From positions 64,001 to 128,000 of the forward strand of contig CAVZRV010000006.1 in NCBI GenBank assembly GCA_963777605.1: DNA of 64,000 nt. The letters are read 5' to 3'. Of the stretch, positions 1 through 9,841 are shown piece after piece. Numbering within the stretch: position 1 is the first letter of the stretch; every line of letters begins with the position of its first letter. This DNA is from an uncultured Acidobacteriota bacterium (lineage in GTDB: Bacteria; Acidobacteriota; UBA6911; RPQK01; JAPXNP01). The notes under the pieces were generated by a model. It did no database searches. It saw nothing but the letters and a program-made list of their open reading frames with translations, and had not been told where the DNA came from. A program made the translations under genes and the position numbers.

Positions 1-1
1 C

Positions 2-2086
2 CGCAGAAATCTCATTTCCGTCACTTTGGATGTAGAACAGCAGGGTCTGTTCGTCCTTCTGGATCAGGCCGTAGGCTCCCTCTCCCTTGTTCAGAAACCA
101 CCCGTGTCCGGTCCACTTCCGAGGATAGACCCAGAAATCCAGGGTCAGCCCCGGTTTTCGGATGTCCAGCGCAGGATCCCGGTAGACCTCCAGGAAGTCG
201 TCCTGTCCGCTCAACGACAGGGCGTTTCCGAACCTGCCGACGACGAGTCGGGCCCGGCCCATCAAGATGCCGTCGTTTTGCCGCGGTGAGGTGTCCGGGG
301 CAAGTCGCACCTTTTCCCGAATACCAGGACTAACCCAATCCCATATCGCCCCGCCGGTCAGGCGCGGATAGCGCCAAATCAGGTTCCAGTACTCGTCCAA
401 CCCGCCGAGTCCGTTGCCGGCAACCGAAATGTACTCGTCCATGAATGACGGCCGGGGATCGACCGAAGCCGGTGCCTTGGCGACGACTTCTTCGAGAACT
501 CGAGGGGTGGGATAGCGGGGACCGACGATGTCCTCACAGCGGGTGGGATGCCAGGCGTTGGGATCGTCGCCCGTGGAGTCGTTGTTGCCACCGTACATCC
601 AGCCCGGTCGGCTCGGGTCGATCCGCTTTCCCTCGGCAATGAGCGCGCAGATGTTGTCTCCTGATCCACTTTCGTTCCCGGCACTCCAGATGATGACACT
701 GGGATGGTTGCGGTCGCGAAAGACCATCTGACGAGCCCGATCGACGTACGCATCTCTCCAGGCCGGATCCTCGGAGAGCTCTTCAGTGGCATGGGCCTCG
801 TCCCCGGTCTCGTCAATAATGTACATTCCCAGTTCGTCGGCCAGTTCCAGGTAGGCGGGAGGCGGCGGGTAGTGGGAGGTTCGAACCAGGTTCACGTTGA
901 ACTGCTTCATCAGCACGAGATCTTTGCGCATGGTCTCCGGATCCACGGCCCGGCCAGTGTCGGGGTGATGCATGTGGCTGTTCACGCCATTGAACTTCAC
1001 CGCTCTACCGTTGATGAGCACCTGTTGGTCACGAATTTCCACCTCGCGAAAGCCGAACCGAAGCGGTATAGCTTCCAGGGTGCTTCCCCTCTCGTCAACC
1101 AGCTCCGCAACCAGGCGGTAGAGGTTCGGTTTCTCGGCGCTCCACTGCCTGGGTTGGGAAACCAGCGCCTCCCATTTCGCGTGGACCTGGTTTCCCCGAC
1201 CGCCAACCGCAATTTCCTGGGTCACCCCTTCAACAACGCTCTCTCCGTCCGACAACACCCTGAACCGAAGCGAAATCCGGCGGTCCGCCTCTCCATGGTT
1301 GACCAGCGTCGAATCAATGCTGAGCCTGGCATCCTGATAGCTCGCGTCGAAGTCGGTCACTACGGCGAGATCCCGGAGATAGACCGAGGGACGGGCGACC
1401 AGGGTGACGTCACGGAAGATTCCAGACAACCTCCACATGTCCTGGTCCTCAAGGTAAGTCCCATCGGAGAACCGAAAGACCTGGACCGCGATCAGGTTGG
1501 CGCCCTGGCGAATGTACGGTGTGACGCGAAACTCGGCCGGCTCCATTCCACCTTCGTTGTAGCCGACCATTTTGCCGTTGATCCAGATGTAGGCGGCCGA
1601 TTTCACTCCCTCGAAACGGAGGACGACTTCTCGCCCGTTCCAGTCCGCGGGAATAAAGAAGGTTCGGCGATAGCTGCCCACGGGATTGAACTCGGAAGGG
1701 ACCCGGGGCGGGTCGGCCGGAAACGGCTGGTGTACGTTGCGAAACTTCGGGTAGCCAAAGCCCTGCATCTGCCAGCAGCCCGGAACCTGGATCCCCGGCC
1801 AGAGACCGTCATCGTACCCCTCCCGGTAGAACTCGGCCGGAGCTTCCTCGGGAATTGGCGCCCACTGGAACTTCCACTCCCCGTTGAGAGACTGCACCCG
1901 GTCGGAGCCGGCTGGGCGGGATGCCAGGGCAAGGTCAAGTGACTCGAAAGGAGTCAGGCTTGCGTGAGGCCGCAACTGATTCCGTTCGAAGACGGCGGGA
2001 TTTTCCCAGTCTCTGGGTGGAGCCTGGGCAGCAAGTCCGGCGATTGACGCCAGAAGAAGGAGAGAAAGACCAAGAAGGGCTCGCAT
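2..2086 (-). CDS. GH2 beta-galactosidase, secreted; 3' end runs off the window
   Basis: Own translation from ATG at 2086: signal peptide MRALLGLSLLLLASIAGLAA, then DWENPAVFERN, SLNGEWKF, FEGVKSA, YLEDQDMWRLSGIFRDV (LacZ-type motifs). Absent from the ORF track because it has no stop inside the window. Confidence 0.92.
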   Translation of the reverse strand, partial: MRALLGLSLLLLASIAGLAAQAPPRDWENPAVFERNQLRPHASLTPFESLDLALASRPAGSDRVQSLNGEWKFQWAPIPEEAPAEFYREGYDDGLWPGIQVPGCWQMQGFGYPKFRNVHQPFPADPPRVPSEFNPVGSYRRTFFIPADWNGREVVLRFEGVKSAAYIWINGKMVGYNEGGMEPAEFRVTPYIRQGANLIAVQVFRFSDGTYLEDQDMWRLSGIFRDVTLVARPSVYLRDLAVVTDFDASYQDARLSIDSTLVNHGEADRRISLRFRVLSDGESVVEGVTQEIAVGGRGNQVHAKWEALVSQPRQWSAEKPNLYRLVAELVDERGSTLEAIPLRFGFREVEIRDQQVLINGRAVKFNGVNSHMHHPDTGRAVDPETMRKDLVLMKQFNVNLVRTSHYPPPPAYLELADELGMYIIDETGDEAHATEELSEDPAWRDAYVDRARQMVFRDRNHPSVIIWSAGNESGSGDNICALIAEGKRIDPSRPGWMYGGNNDSTGDDPNAWHPTRCEDIVGPRYPTPRVLEEVVAKAPASVDPRPSFMDEYISVAGNGLGGLDEYWNLIWRYPRLTGGAIWDWVSPGIREKVRLAPDTSPRQNDGILMGRARLVVGRFGNALSLSGQDDFLEVYRDPALDIRKPGLTLDFWVYPRKWTGHGWFLNKGEGAYGLIQKDEQTLLFYIQSDGNEISA

Positions 2087-2129
2087 AACCACGGGTGTAA
2101 CACATTCCCAGTGAGGTTGAAATGGTCGA

Positions 2130-2253
2130 GGTAGTCCTGGTGTCCTGCCTGGTTTGTGCATCGGGCAGCTTGCCCGGTGGTGGAGGTGAGTGTTCCAAGG
2201 GCGCCGGGCAAGGCTGCCCGGCGGAAACTCCAGGCTAGGCAGCCTGGACTACC
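2130..2253. repeat. GTAG-type REP-like inverted cluster (REPIN/BIME-like)
   Basis: Ends are GGTAGTCC and GGACTACC. Outer palindrome CCAGGCT-AGGC-AGCCTGG; two inner palindromes CGGGCA-N3/4-TGCCCG in inverted orientation. Confidence 0.65.
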
Positions 2254-2283
2254 CTGGTGAGGTGTCGCGCTGGGAAGTGTGGC

Positions 2284-2760
2284 CTATTTTGGTGGCTCGT
2301 TGGAAATTGTGCGGCGAAGCATATAGAGGATCAGGCAACCCATCAGGGCACCTATCAGGGTTTCGAGTCCGATGCCCATGGTGAGATGCCCGATGATGTG
2401 ACGGGAATGGCCGGGGTCACCCGGGACCGAGTACTCGGGTGCCGAGTAGACATTCTGGATTCCGGTCAGGACAGTAAAAGCCACCGCAGCGACGATCAGG
2501 AGTTGCCCCCAGGTCACCAGAAGGAACGCCGCCACGACCACGTTGGTGTAGCCGCCAAAGCGCTTGGTGCGGATGAGCAGTGTCGCCAGGATGATACAGA
2601 TCGGAACGAAGACGCTGATGCTCATTGCCCGAACAACCGCCACGGGCATGCCCGGAATGGCGGCGGTTAGGAGGCGAAGCAGCCAGACTGCGGCAATCAC
2701 CGCAAAGAGGGGAGCCAGGAGCTTAAGATGTTCACGAAAAGCGTGTTGGCCAATTCTCAT
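2284..2760 (-). CDS. hypothetical membrane protein (~4 TM)
   Basis: 158-aa ORF with four hydrophobic segments; 4-bp overlap with the phosphatase stop. Confidence 0.8.
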   Translation of the reverse strand: MRIGQHAFREHLKLLAPLFAVIAAVWLLRLLTAAIPGMPVAVVRAMSISVFVPICIILATLLIRTKRFGGYTNVVVAAFLLVTWGQLLIVAAVAFTVLTGIQNVYSAPEYSVPGDPGHSRHIIGHLTMGIGLETLIGALMGCLILYMLRRTISNEPPK

Positions 2761-3779
2761 CCTTGATTCTCCTCGGAGGCGGCTGGCCCCCCCTGGTCTC
2801 CGGGGTCCGGAGTCCTCCCAGGAACCCGTACCTCCGCTTCCTCCGGCGGTCCCATCAGCCGGACTTCGTCATCGATCCGGACCATCAAAAGAGTCATGTC
2901 ATCGTCCGGGTCCTTTCGCGTCCAATGACTTACCGCTTCCAGCACCGCTTTCTGCATCTCTCTCAGGGCACGATCTCGCGATGACTCCAGGACCGCCTCC
3001 AGCCGCTCAACTCCGAATTCCTCATCTGACTCGTCATGGGCTTCCACGATACCGTCCGAGTAGAGCACGATGGTCTCCCCGGTTCGCAAACCGATCCTCC
3101 CCGACTGGTATTTCACACCCGAGAAGAGACCAAGCGGAGGTCCTCCCTGATCCGGCAGGGTGTCAGTCGCCCCCAGGATGACAGGGAGTTGGTGGCCGGC
3201 GTTTACGTACTCCATCCACGGATCTCCCGGGCGCCACTGGGCAACGAAGAACGTGGCGAACTTTCCGGAATTGGTAAAGCTCGAGATGTGATCGTTGAGT
3301 CGGATGCAAACCTCGGAAAGGGACTCGTGGGTCTCGATGAGGGCTCGGAAATGGGCCTGGACGTTGGCCATCAGGATGGCCGCCGAGACGCCCTTTCCGC
3401 TGATGTCGGCAAGGCAGACCGCGATCCGGCCATCCGGGCACTCCACGATGTCATAGAAGTCTCCGCTGATACTCTGGGCTGGGATGCAGATCGCCGAGAA
3501 GCTGAGACCCCGGTCGCTCGGAAAGGAACGGGGAAAGAGGGCGGCCTGCACTTCACGGGCGAAGGTCAACTCGGCGTCCTTTCGAGCCAGTTCGCGGCGG
3601 CTGTGTTTGAGCTCGAGTTGAACCCGGTAGAGGGAAACCAGCAACACGGCTACCGCGGCCGTGGCACCGAAAGTGATCCCCCAGGTGAGAACAATAGATG
3701 ACGGAAGCTGGTCCCGGCCAACGATGAGCAGGGCACCGGAGATCAGCAGAAAACCAAGCAAGTATGCAGTGTCTTTCAC
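2757..3779 (-). CDS. membrane-anchored PP2C/SpoIIE (RsbU-like) Ser/Thr phosphatase
   Basis: Two N-terminal TM helices and a coiled coil; motifs ISGDFYD, ADISGKG, NAGH, LYSDGI, DDMT. Confidence 0.92.
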   Translation of the reverse strand: MKDTAYLLGFLLISGALLIVGRDQLPSSIVLTWGITFGATAAVAVLLVSLYRVQLELKHSRRELARKDAELTFAREVQAALFPRSFPSDRGLSFSAICIPAQSISGDFYDIVECPDGRIAVCLADISGKGVSAAILMANVQAHFRALIETHESLSEVCIRLNDHISSFTNSGKFATFFVAQWRPGDPWMEYVNAGHQLPVILGATDTLPDQGGPPLGLFSGVKYQSGRIGLRTGETIVLYSDGIVEAHDESDEEFGVERLEAVLESSRDRALREMQKAVLEAVSHWTRKDPDDDMTLLMVRIDDEVRLMGPPEEAEVRVPGRTPDPGDQGGPAASEENQG

Positions 3780-3789
3780 CGGATTCCGC

Positions 3790-4148
3790 CCTCATCAAAG
3801 CTGTCGATGTGGAAAACCAGGTCTCCGATCTGGCGGTGCATCTCGGCGATTGCCCGCCGCGAGACCGACACGTAGTCCCGACCCTGAGTTAACCGGTTGG
3901 ACAGCGTGTCGGAGGCAAACTCGAGATCAGGCATGTAATTATCCACTATGCCTTCGAGTCACCTAAGGTTTCCCGCCGGCTCGTATCCCGATTCCACAAT
4001 TTCCCGCTTCGTCCCGGAGTCGGCGGGTTCTGCAACTCCGGGGACACAGGGAACAGTTCTCGATCCGCTCGACGGCCCGATCACGCCGCCGGGCGAGTTC
4101 TCCGGACCAGCTCAATTCGATGTACCCGAGCGATGACCGGCTTTCCAT
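3790..4148 (-). pseudogene. internally deleted PflX-like radical SAM gene relic
   Basis: N-terminal piece ...[26 protein letters not shown] ends in a stop at 3963. It is followed by broken pieces [17 protein letters not shown] and DYVSVSRRAIAEMHRQIGDLVF that resemble the mid-region of PflX-family proteins. Confidence 0.7.
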
Positions 4149-4213
4149 TCCACCCACTCTATTGGACTCCGGGCGCTGTTGAAATAAGCGCACCGCTACA
4201 ATATATTCCTGAC

Positions 4214-7066
4214 GTGAGAACGCAAGACACGACATCCAGCGCATTTGCTTCCCGACATATTGGCCCCCGCGAACGGGACATCCACGAGATGCTCCGCCTT
4301 CTCGGAGTTTCGTCCCTGGAAGAGCTCACCGAACAGGCGGTTCCGGAATCGATTCGGCTCACCGCTCGCCTGGACCTCCCTGCCCCGCTCAGCGAGACGG
4401 AAGCCCTCGCCGCGTTGCGCAGAATGGCGGACAAGAACGAGTGTTACCGGTCGCTTATCGGCCAGGGTTATTTCAACTGCATCACCCCACCGGTAATCCA
4501 GCGCAATATCCTGGAGTCCCCCGGCTGGTACACCCAGTACACTCCCTACCAGGCCGAGATTTCCCAGGGTCGCCTGGAAGCGCTCCTGAATTTCCAGACT
4601 ATGATTTGTGATCTCACGGGGATGGAATTGGCAAACTCCTCCCTGCTCGACGAGGGAACAGCTGCCGGAGAGTCCCTCTCCATGGCGTATTCCGCAAGGG
4701 GAGACGAAACCCGAAATCGTTTCTTTGTTTCTTCCGACTGCCACCCGCAGACTATCGACGTGATGAAAACCCGGGCTCACGGGCTTCCGGTGGAGATCGT
4801 TGTTGGAGAGATCGACGAATTGATTCCCGACTCGAGGCTGTTCGGTGTACTCATTCAGTACCCCGGAAGCGACGGTGTCCTCCGCGACTACGAATCGATT
4901 GCACGGCGCGTCCGCGAGGCGGGAGCCCTGGTTGTGGTGGCATCCGACCTGCTCAGTCTCACCCTCCTCCGGACACCGGCGGCCTGGGGGGCCGACATCG
5001 TTTTGGGGAACAGCCAGCGCTTTGGAGTCCCACTCGGATTCGGTGGCCCGCACGCCGCCTTCTTTGCGACTCGTGACGAATTCAAGCGCCTGCTTCCGGG
5101 CCGGATCGTCGGAGTTTCCCGCGATTCTCAGGATCGCCCGTCGTTGCGGCTGGCCCTGCAGACCCGAGAACAGCACATTCGCCGGGAGAAGGCGACGAGC
5201 AATATCTGCACGGCCCAGGTCCTGCTCGCCATCATGGCCTCGATGTACGCGGTCTATCACGGGCCCGACGGGCTTCGCGCAATCGCCCGCCGTGTCCACC
5301 AACTGACTTCCCGGCTGGCACGAAAACTTGAAGAACTGGGAGTGGAGATCGTCCACCGGGAGTTTTTCGATACCCTGCGGCTCCGCCGGGTTGATTCGGA
5401 AGGAGTCCGGCAACGTTGCCGGGAGCGGAAGGTCAACCTTCGCTATTTTGATGACGGGACGGTCGGAGTCTCTCTCGATGAAACGGTCACGGAGGCCGAA
5501 CTCTCGGCGCTGACCTGGGTCTTGACCGCCCAGGAATCGAACGTACCCGACGTCGAACCCGATTTCGCGATCCCCGAGACTCTGCGGCGCACCTCCGATC
5601 TCCTCACCCACCCCGTGTTCAACCGCTACCACTCCGAGACCGAGTTCCTTCGCTACGTCAACCGGCTGCAGCGCCGGGACCTCTCCCTCACTTCGTCCAT
5701 GATCCCGCTTGGATCCTGCACGATGAAGCTCAACGCCACGGCGGAAATGATGCCCATCTCGTGGCCGGAGTGGAGTTCCATTCACCCCTTCGCACCGGCC
5801 GACCAGACCGCCGGGTACCGGGAACTGATCGAGGACCTGGAAAGACTGCTTGCCAAGATTACCGGCATGGACGCGGTATCGCTTCAGCCCAACTCGGGCG
5901 CCCAGGGCGAGTACGCGGGACTCATGACGATCGCCGGCTACCTCGAGGCGAAGGGGGATGGTCACCGCCGGATCTGCCTCATCCCGCAGTCGGCACACGG
6001 AACGAACCCGGCCAGCGCCGTAATGGCCGGGATGAAGGTCGTCACCGTCCGCTGTCGAGAAAACGGCGACATCGACGTTGAACACCTTACCCAGATGGCC
6101 GACCGCCATGCGTCTGAACTGGCCGCTCTGATGGTGACTTATCCGTCGACTCACGGGGTCTTCGAGGAGTCGATCCGGGATATCTGCTCGATCATTCACG
6201 ACCGCGGTGGACAGGTCTACCTGGACGGAGCCAACATGAACGCCTTGGTGGCGGTCTGCTCGCCAGGTGATTTTGGTGCCGACGTCTGCCACTTGAACTT
6301 GCACAAAACGTTTGCCATTCCCCACGGCGGCGGAGGTCCCGGGGTCGGTCCCATCGCGGCCAAGGTTCACCTTGCCCCATTCCTCCCTGGCCATCGCGAT
6401 CTTCCCCGGAAAGAAGGTGCCGTCTGCTCGGCGCCCTACGGCTCCGCCGGTGTACTCCCGATCTCCTGGGCCTACATTCGCATGATGGGGGAGAGCGGCC
6501 TTCGGCGGGCGACTCAGGTAGCGATTCTCAATGCAAACTACCTGGTCCGGCGCCTGGACACCTATTTCCCGGTTCTCTTCAAGGGCCGTAACGGGATGGT
6601 AGCGCACGAATGCATCCTCGATTGCCGGAACTTCAAGAAGACTGTGGGAATCACCGTCTCGGACATCGCGAAGCGGTTGATGGACTACGGCTTCCACGCC
6701 CCGACGATTTCCTGGCCGGTCGTCGAAACCGTCATGGTGGAACCAACCGAAAGCGAGTCAACGGAGGAGCTTGATCGCTTTTGCGAAGCCATGATTTCGA
6801 TTCGGAACGAGATTGAGGAAATCGCACAGGGTGTGGCCGACCCCCACAACAACGTGCTCAAGAACGCACCCCACACTGCGACCATGGTGACGGCCGACGA
6901 CTGGCAGCATCCCTACTCCCGGGAGAAAGCCGCTTTCCCGGTTGAAGCCCTGCGGGAAAATAAGTTCTGGACGGTGTGTGGGCGGATTGACGACACTTAC
7001 GGCGATCGGCACCTGTTCTGTGCATGCGTCCCGGTTCAGGGATTTGCCGCCGTCGATGCGGAGTAA
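4214..7066 (+). CDS. gcvP: glycine dehydrogenase (decarboxylating), single-chain P protein
   Basis: [37 protein letters not shown] and the PLP lysine motif HLNLHKTF. Start moved to GTG 4214 (inferred). Confidence 0.97.
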   Translation: MRTQDTTSSAFASRHIGPRERDIHEMLRLLGVSSLEELTEQAVPESIRLTARLDLPAPLSETEALAALRRMADKNECYRSLIGQGYFNCITPPVIQRNILESPGWYTQYTPYQAEISQGRLEALLNFQTMICDLTGMELANSSLLDEGTAAGESLSMAYSARGDETRNRFFVSSDCHPQTIDVMKTRAHGLPVEIVVGEIDELIPDSRLFGVLIQYPGSDGVLRDYESIARRVREAGALVVVASDLLSLTLLRTPAAWGADIVLGNSQRFGVPLGFGGPHAAFFATRDEFKRLLPGRIVGVSRDSQDRPSLRLALQTREQHIRREKATSNICTAQVLLAIMASMYAVYHGPDGLRAIARRVHQLTSRLARKLEELGVEIVHREFFDTLRLRRVDSEGVRQRCRERKVNLRYFDDGTVGVSLDETVTEAELSALTWVLTAQESNVPDVEPDFAIPETLRRTSDLLTHPVFNRYHSETEFLRYVNRLQRRDLSLTSSMIPLGSCTMKLNATAEMMPISWPEWSSIHPFAPADQTAGYRELIEDLERLLAKITGMDAVSLQPNSGAQGEYAGLMTIAGYLEAKGDGHRRICLIPQSAHGTNPASAVMAGMKVVTVRCRENGDIDVEHLTQMADRHASELAALMVTYPSTHGVFEESIRDICSIIHDRGGQVYLDGANMNALVAVCSPGDFGADVCHLNLHKTFAIPHGGGGPGVGPIAAKVHLAPFLPGHRDLPRKEGAVCSAPYGSAGVLPISWAYIRMMGESGLRRATQVAILNANYLVRRLDTYFPVLFKGRNGMVAHECILDCRNFKKTVGITVSDIAKRLMDYGFHAPTISWPVVETVMVEPTESESTEELDRFCEAMISIRNEIEEIAQGVADPHNNVLKNAPHTATMVTADDWQHPYSREKAAFPVEALRENKFWTVCGRIDDTYGDRHLFCACVPVQGFAAVDAE

Positions 7067-7071
7067 CGGTC

Positions 7072-7148
7072 GGTTCCTGGTTCCGGGTTTCGGGTTCCTG
7101 GTCAACTTGTCCCCCAAACCCGAAACTCGAAACCCGCGACCCGGAATC
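7072..7148. repeat. inverted pair of heptamer tandem arrays
   Basis: GGTTCCT GGTTCCG GGTTTCG GGTTCCT, a spacer, then CGAAACT CGAAACC CGCGACC CGGAATC; starts just after the gcvP stop. Confidence 0.8.
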
Positions 7149-7247
7149 AGTCTCGGTGCGACCGAGTTTGGAACAAGATCTCGTTCACTGTCGTAATCTA
7201 GTTATCGACAATACTGGAGCTTTGAAGGGCCGGCGTCAGCGAGAACC

Positions 7248-8498
7248 ATGAAAAGACCCCGACTGGGATTCATCATAGAGGCAACCTGGATCGCGTTGCA
7301 CTCGATCTTTGCCCACAAGATGCGCACCTTCCTGACTCTACTTGGGATCATCATCGGGGTCGCTTCGGTGATGCTCGTGGGAGCCAGCATCGAGGGCCTG
7401 CAAACCTACGTTCTGGACACCGTTTCCAAGGCACTGGGCAGCGATTCGTTCATCCTCGCCAAGTTTGCCCGCCTCGGTGAGGTCAGCCAGGAAGAGTGGG
7501 AGGAGATGGTCCGTCACAATAAGAACATCTATTACAAGGATCTTGAGTTCATCCGCAGTCATTGCCCGGATTGCAAGGAGATTGTTGGGCAATTGAACAC
7601 GCGCCAGACGGTCTACGCTGGTTCCGCGGAACTGTACAACACCGATGTTCAGGGGGTGACCGCCAACCGGATTCTCCTGGGGAGCCAGGAAATCGAGGAG
7701 GGCCGATTCTTCACCGACGAGGAAGTTCGCCGTTCCCGGTTCGTGGCCGTTATCGGGTCGGATGTCTACGACAAGTTCTTCCAGGGACGGGACCCGCTCG
7801 GAGAGATCGTCAAGGTGGGCCCGGAGCCATTTCGAGTTGTTGGAGTCCTCGAGAAACTGGGATCCAGCTTCGGCCAGAGCATGGACAATGTCATGTTCAT
7901 TCCCATCACCGCCTACCAGAAGATATACGGCACCCGAAGCAGTATCACGGTCCGGGGCACCGCCATTTCCCGGGACCGCTTCGAACAGGCGGTAGACGAA
8001 GTCCGGGTCGCGATGAGGATTCGCCACAAGCTCGAGCCCGGCGAAGAGGACACTTTTGGAATCATCTCGACCGAGGACATCAACTCCAGTGTCGATCAGT
8101 TCGTCGGGGTCATCGCCATGGTCGTCGTTCCGATTACGGCGATTTCCCTGCTAGTAGGTGGAATCGTGGTGATGAACATCATGCTGGTCTCGGTCACCGA
8201 GCGGACCTTCGAAATCGGCCTCCGCAAGTCACTTGGGGCGCGCCGCAGAGACATCATGAACCAGTTCCTGATTGAGGCCTTCGTGGTGGCTGCCGCAGGA
8301 GGCATTGTGGGGCTCCTGCTGGCCTGGGGGGCCGCTCTTCTGATCGAGGCTGCCACTCCGATGACGATGACGATCCGCATGAGCTACATCCTCCTTTCGG
8401 TCGGAGTCTCGGGCGGAATCGGAATCGTTTTCGGGATCTACCCGGCCTACACGGCCTCCAAACTGGATCCGATCGAGGCATTGGGGCGAGACCTATGA
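7248..8498 (+). CDS. ABC transporter permease, MacB/FtsX family
   Basis: RTFLTLLGIIIGV; GGIVVMNIMLVSVTERTFEIGLRKSLGA; ASKLDPIEAL. Confidence 0.95.
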   Translation: MKRPRLGFIIEATWIALHSIFAHKMRTFLTLLGIIIGVASVMLVGASIEGLQTYVLDTVSKALGSDSFILAKFARLGEVSQEEWEEMVRHNKNIYYKDLEFIRSHCPDCKEIVGQLNTRQTVYAGSAELYNTDVQGVTANRILLGSQEIEEGRFFTDEEVRRSRFVAVIGSDVYDKFFQGRDPLGEIVKVGPEPFRVVGVLEKLGSSFGQSMDNVMFIPITAYQKIYGTRSSITVRGTAISRDRFEQAVDEVRVAMRIRHKLEPGEEDTFGIISTEDINSSVDQFVGVIAMVVVPITAISLLVGGIVVMNIMLVSVTERTFEIGLRKSLGARRRDIMNQFLIEAFVVAAAGGIVGLLLAWGAALLIEAATPMTMTIRMSYILLSVGVSGGIGIVFGIYPAYTASKLDPIEALGRDL

Positions 8499-9739
8499 AT
8501 CTCAACAGCTACCTGGAAAACATCTGGATGGGGCTCGATACCCTTCGCTCTCACAAGATGCGGAGCCTCCTCACGGTACTCGGAGTGATCATCGGAGTCC
8601 TGACGGTCATCGTGATCTCGTCAATCCTCACCGGAATGCGTCAAAGCATCATCAACCTGGTCGAGGAGTACGGGACCCACAACATCTACGCTTTTCATCT
8701 TTCCACCGGCCCCCAGTTTGGCCCTCGCGACCGCCAGGAGTGGCAGCGGAAGCCGCTAACCGTCGCCGATGCCGAGGCGATCAGAACCGAAGCGCCTTCG
8801 GTCGAAGAAGTGAGTTACCAGGCCTTCTACCGCGGCAGTCCCAACATGAAGTACCGGGACCGCTCATACCGTCAAGCCCAACTGCTGGGAGTAGCGCCTA
8901 CTCATGCAGAACTGACCAACATTGCTCTTTCCGAAGGCCGTTTCATTACTCGGGTCGATGACACCCGGCGGAACAACGTCGCCGTAATCGGCGTGAATGT
9001 AGCAGAGGCCCTCTTCCCCTTCTACGACAAGGTTGTGGGCCGGTTCATCGAGATCGACGGAAACCGGTTCGCCGTCATCGGGACGCTGGAAAAGCGCAAA
9101 TCAACCTTCTTTGGGGGAGGCGACGAGGACAATGTCGTCTACATCCCTTACCGAACGTTTAGAAAAATCTCGCCTAAAAGTGAGTTCCTGATGATCCTGT
9201 CCGAGGCAAAGGAAGGTCAACTCGCGCGGGCACTAAGCCAGATCGAATCGATCCTGCGCCGGCAGCGTGGAGTTCGGTACAACGAAGAGAGCAATTTTGA
9301 CCTGACGACGGCCGATCGCTTGATCGAGCAATTTGACGCGATCACCTCTTCGGTCGGCTTGATCGCGATCGCGGTGTCAGGGGTCGGCCTGCTGGTTGGA
9401 GGAATCGGCGTCATGAACATCATGCTCGTTTCCGTGACTGAACGAACCCGGGAAATCGGCGTCCGCAAGGCCGTCGGCGCCAAGCGCAGGGATATTGTCT
9501 TTCAGTTCCTGTTCGAAGCTATGACGCTGACCACGAGCGGAGGCCTGATTGGAGTACTAGCCGCCGTCGGCGTCAGCTACCTCCTTCTCTGGCTCCTGCC
9601 AAACCTGCCGGCTACGATCCCGATGTGGGCAGTTATGTCCGGAATCCTGGTGTCGATCTCGGTCGGCCTGATCTTCGGCGTCTGGCCCGCAGTGAAGGCG
9701 GCCCGATTGGACCCGATCGAATCACTTCGATACGAGTGA
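8495..9739 (+). CDS. ABC transporter permease, MacB/FtsX family (tandem paralog)
   Basis: GGIGVMNIMLVSVTERTREIGVRKAVGA; AARLDPIESLRYE; 4-bp overlap with the first permease. Confidence 0.95.
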   Translation: MNLNSYLENIWMGLDTLRSHKMRSLLTVLGVIIGVLTVIVISSILTGMRQSIINLVEEYGTHNIYAFHLSTGPQFGPRDRQEWQRKPLTVADAEAIRTEAPSVEEVSYQAFYRGSPNMKYRDRSYRQAQLLGVAPTHAELTNIALSEGRFITRVDDTRRNNVAVIGVNVAEALFPFYDKVVGRFIEIDGNRFAVIGTLEKRKSTFFGGGDEDNVVYIPYRTFRKISPKSEFLMILSEAKEGQLARALSQIESILRRQRGVRYNEESNFDLTTADRLIEQFDAITSSVGLIAIAVSGVGLLVGGIGVMNIMLVSVTERTREIGVRKAVGAKRRDIVFQFLFEAMTLTTSGGLIGVLAAVGVSYLLLWLLPNLPATIPMWAVMSGILVSISVGLIFGVWPAVKAARLDPIESLRYE

Positions 9740-9841
9740 GTCCAGGCGACCACTTCGGGCTGTCACCTCTCAATCCAGCGCCGGGACCTGCCGTTTCAGC
9801 GCAGCCTGGCTGGTCCAGCACACCCTAACGGATAGATCTAT

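Noticed and set aside
704-1942. 412-aa + strand ORF and other long antisense ORFs (4196-6697, 20645-22069, 22971-24341, 27084-28685, 30113-31579, 48417-50036)
   Set aside because: They are shadow frames opposite clearly recognisable genes in GC-rich DNA and carry no motifs of their own.
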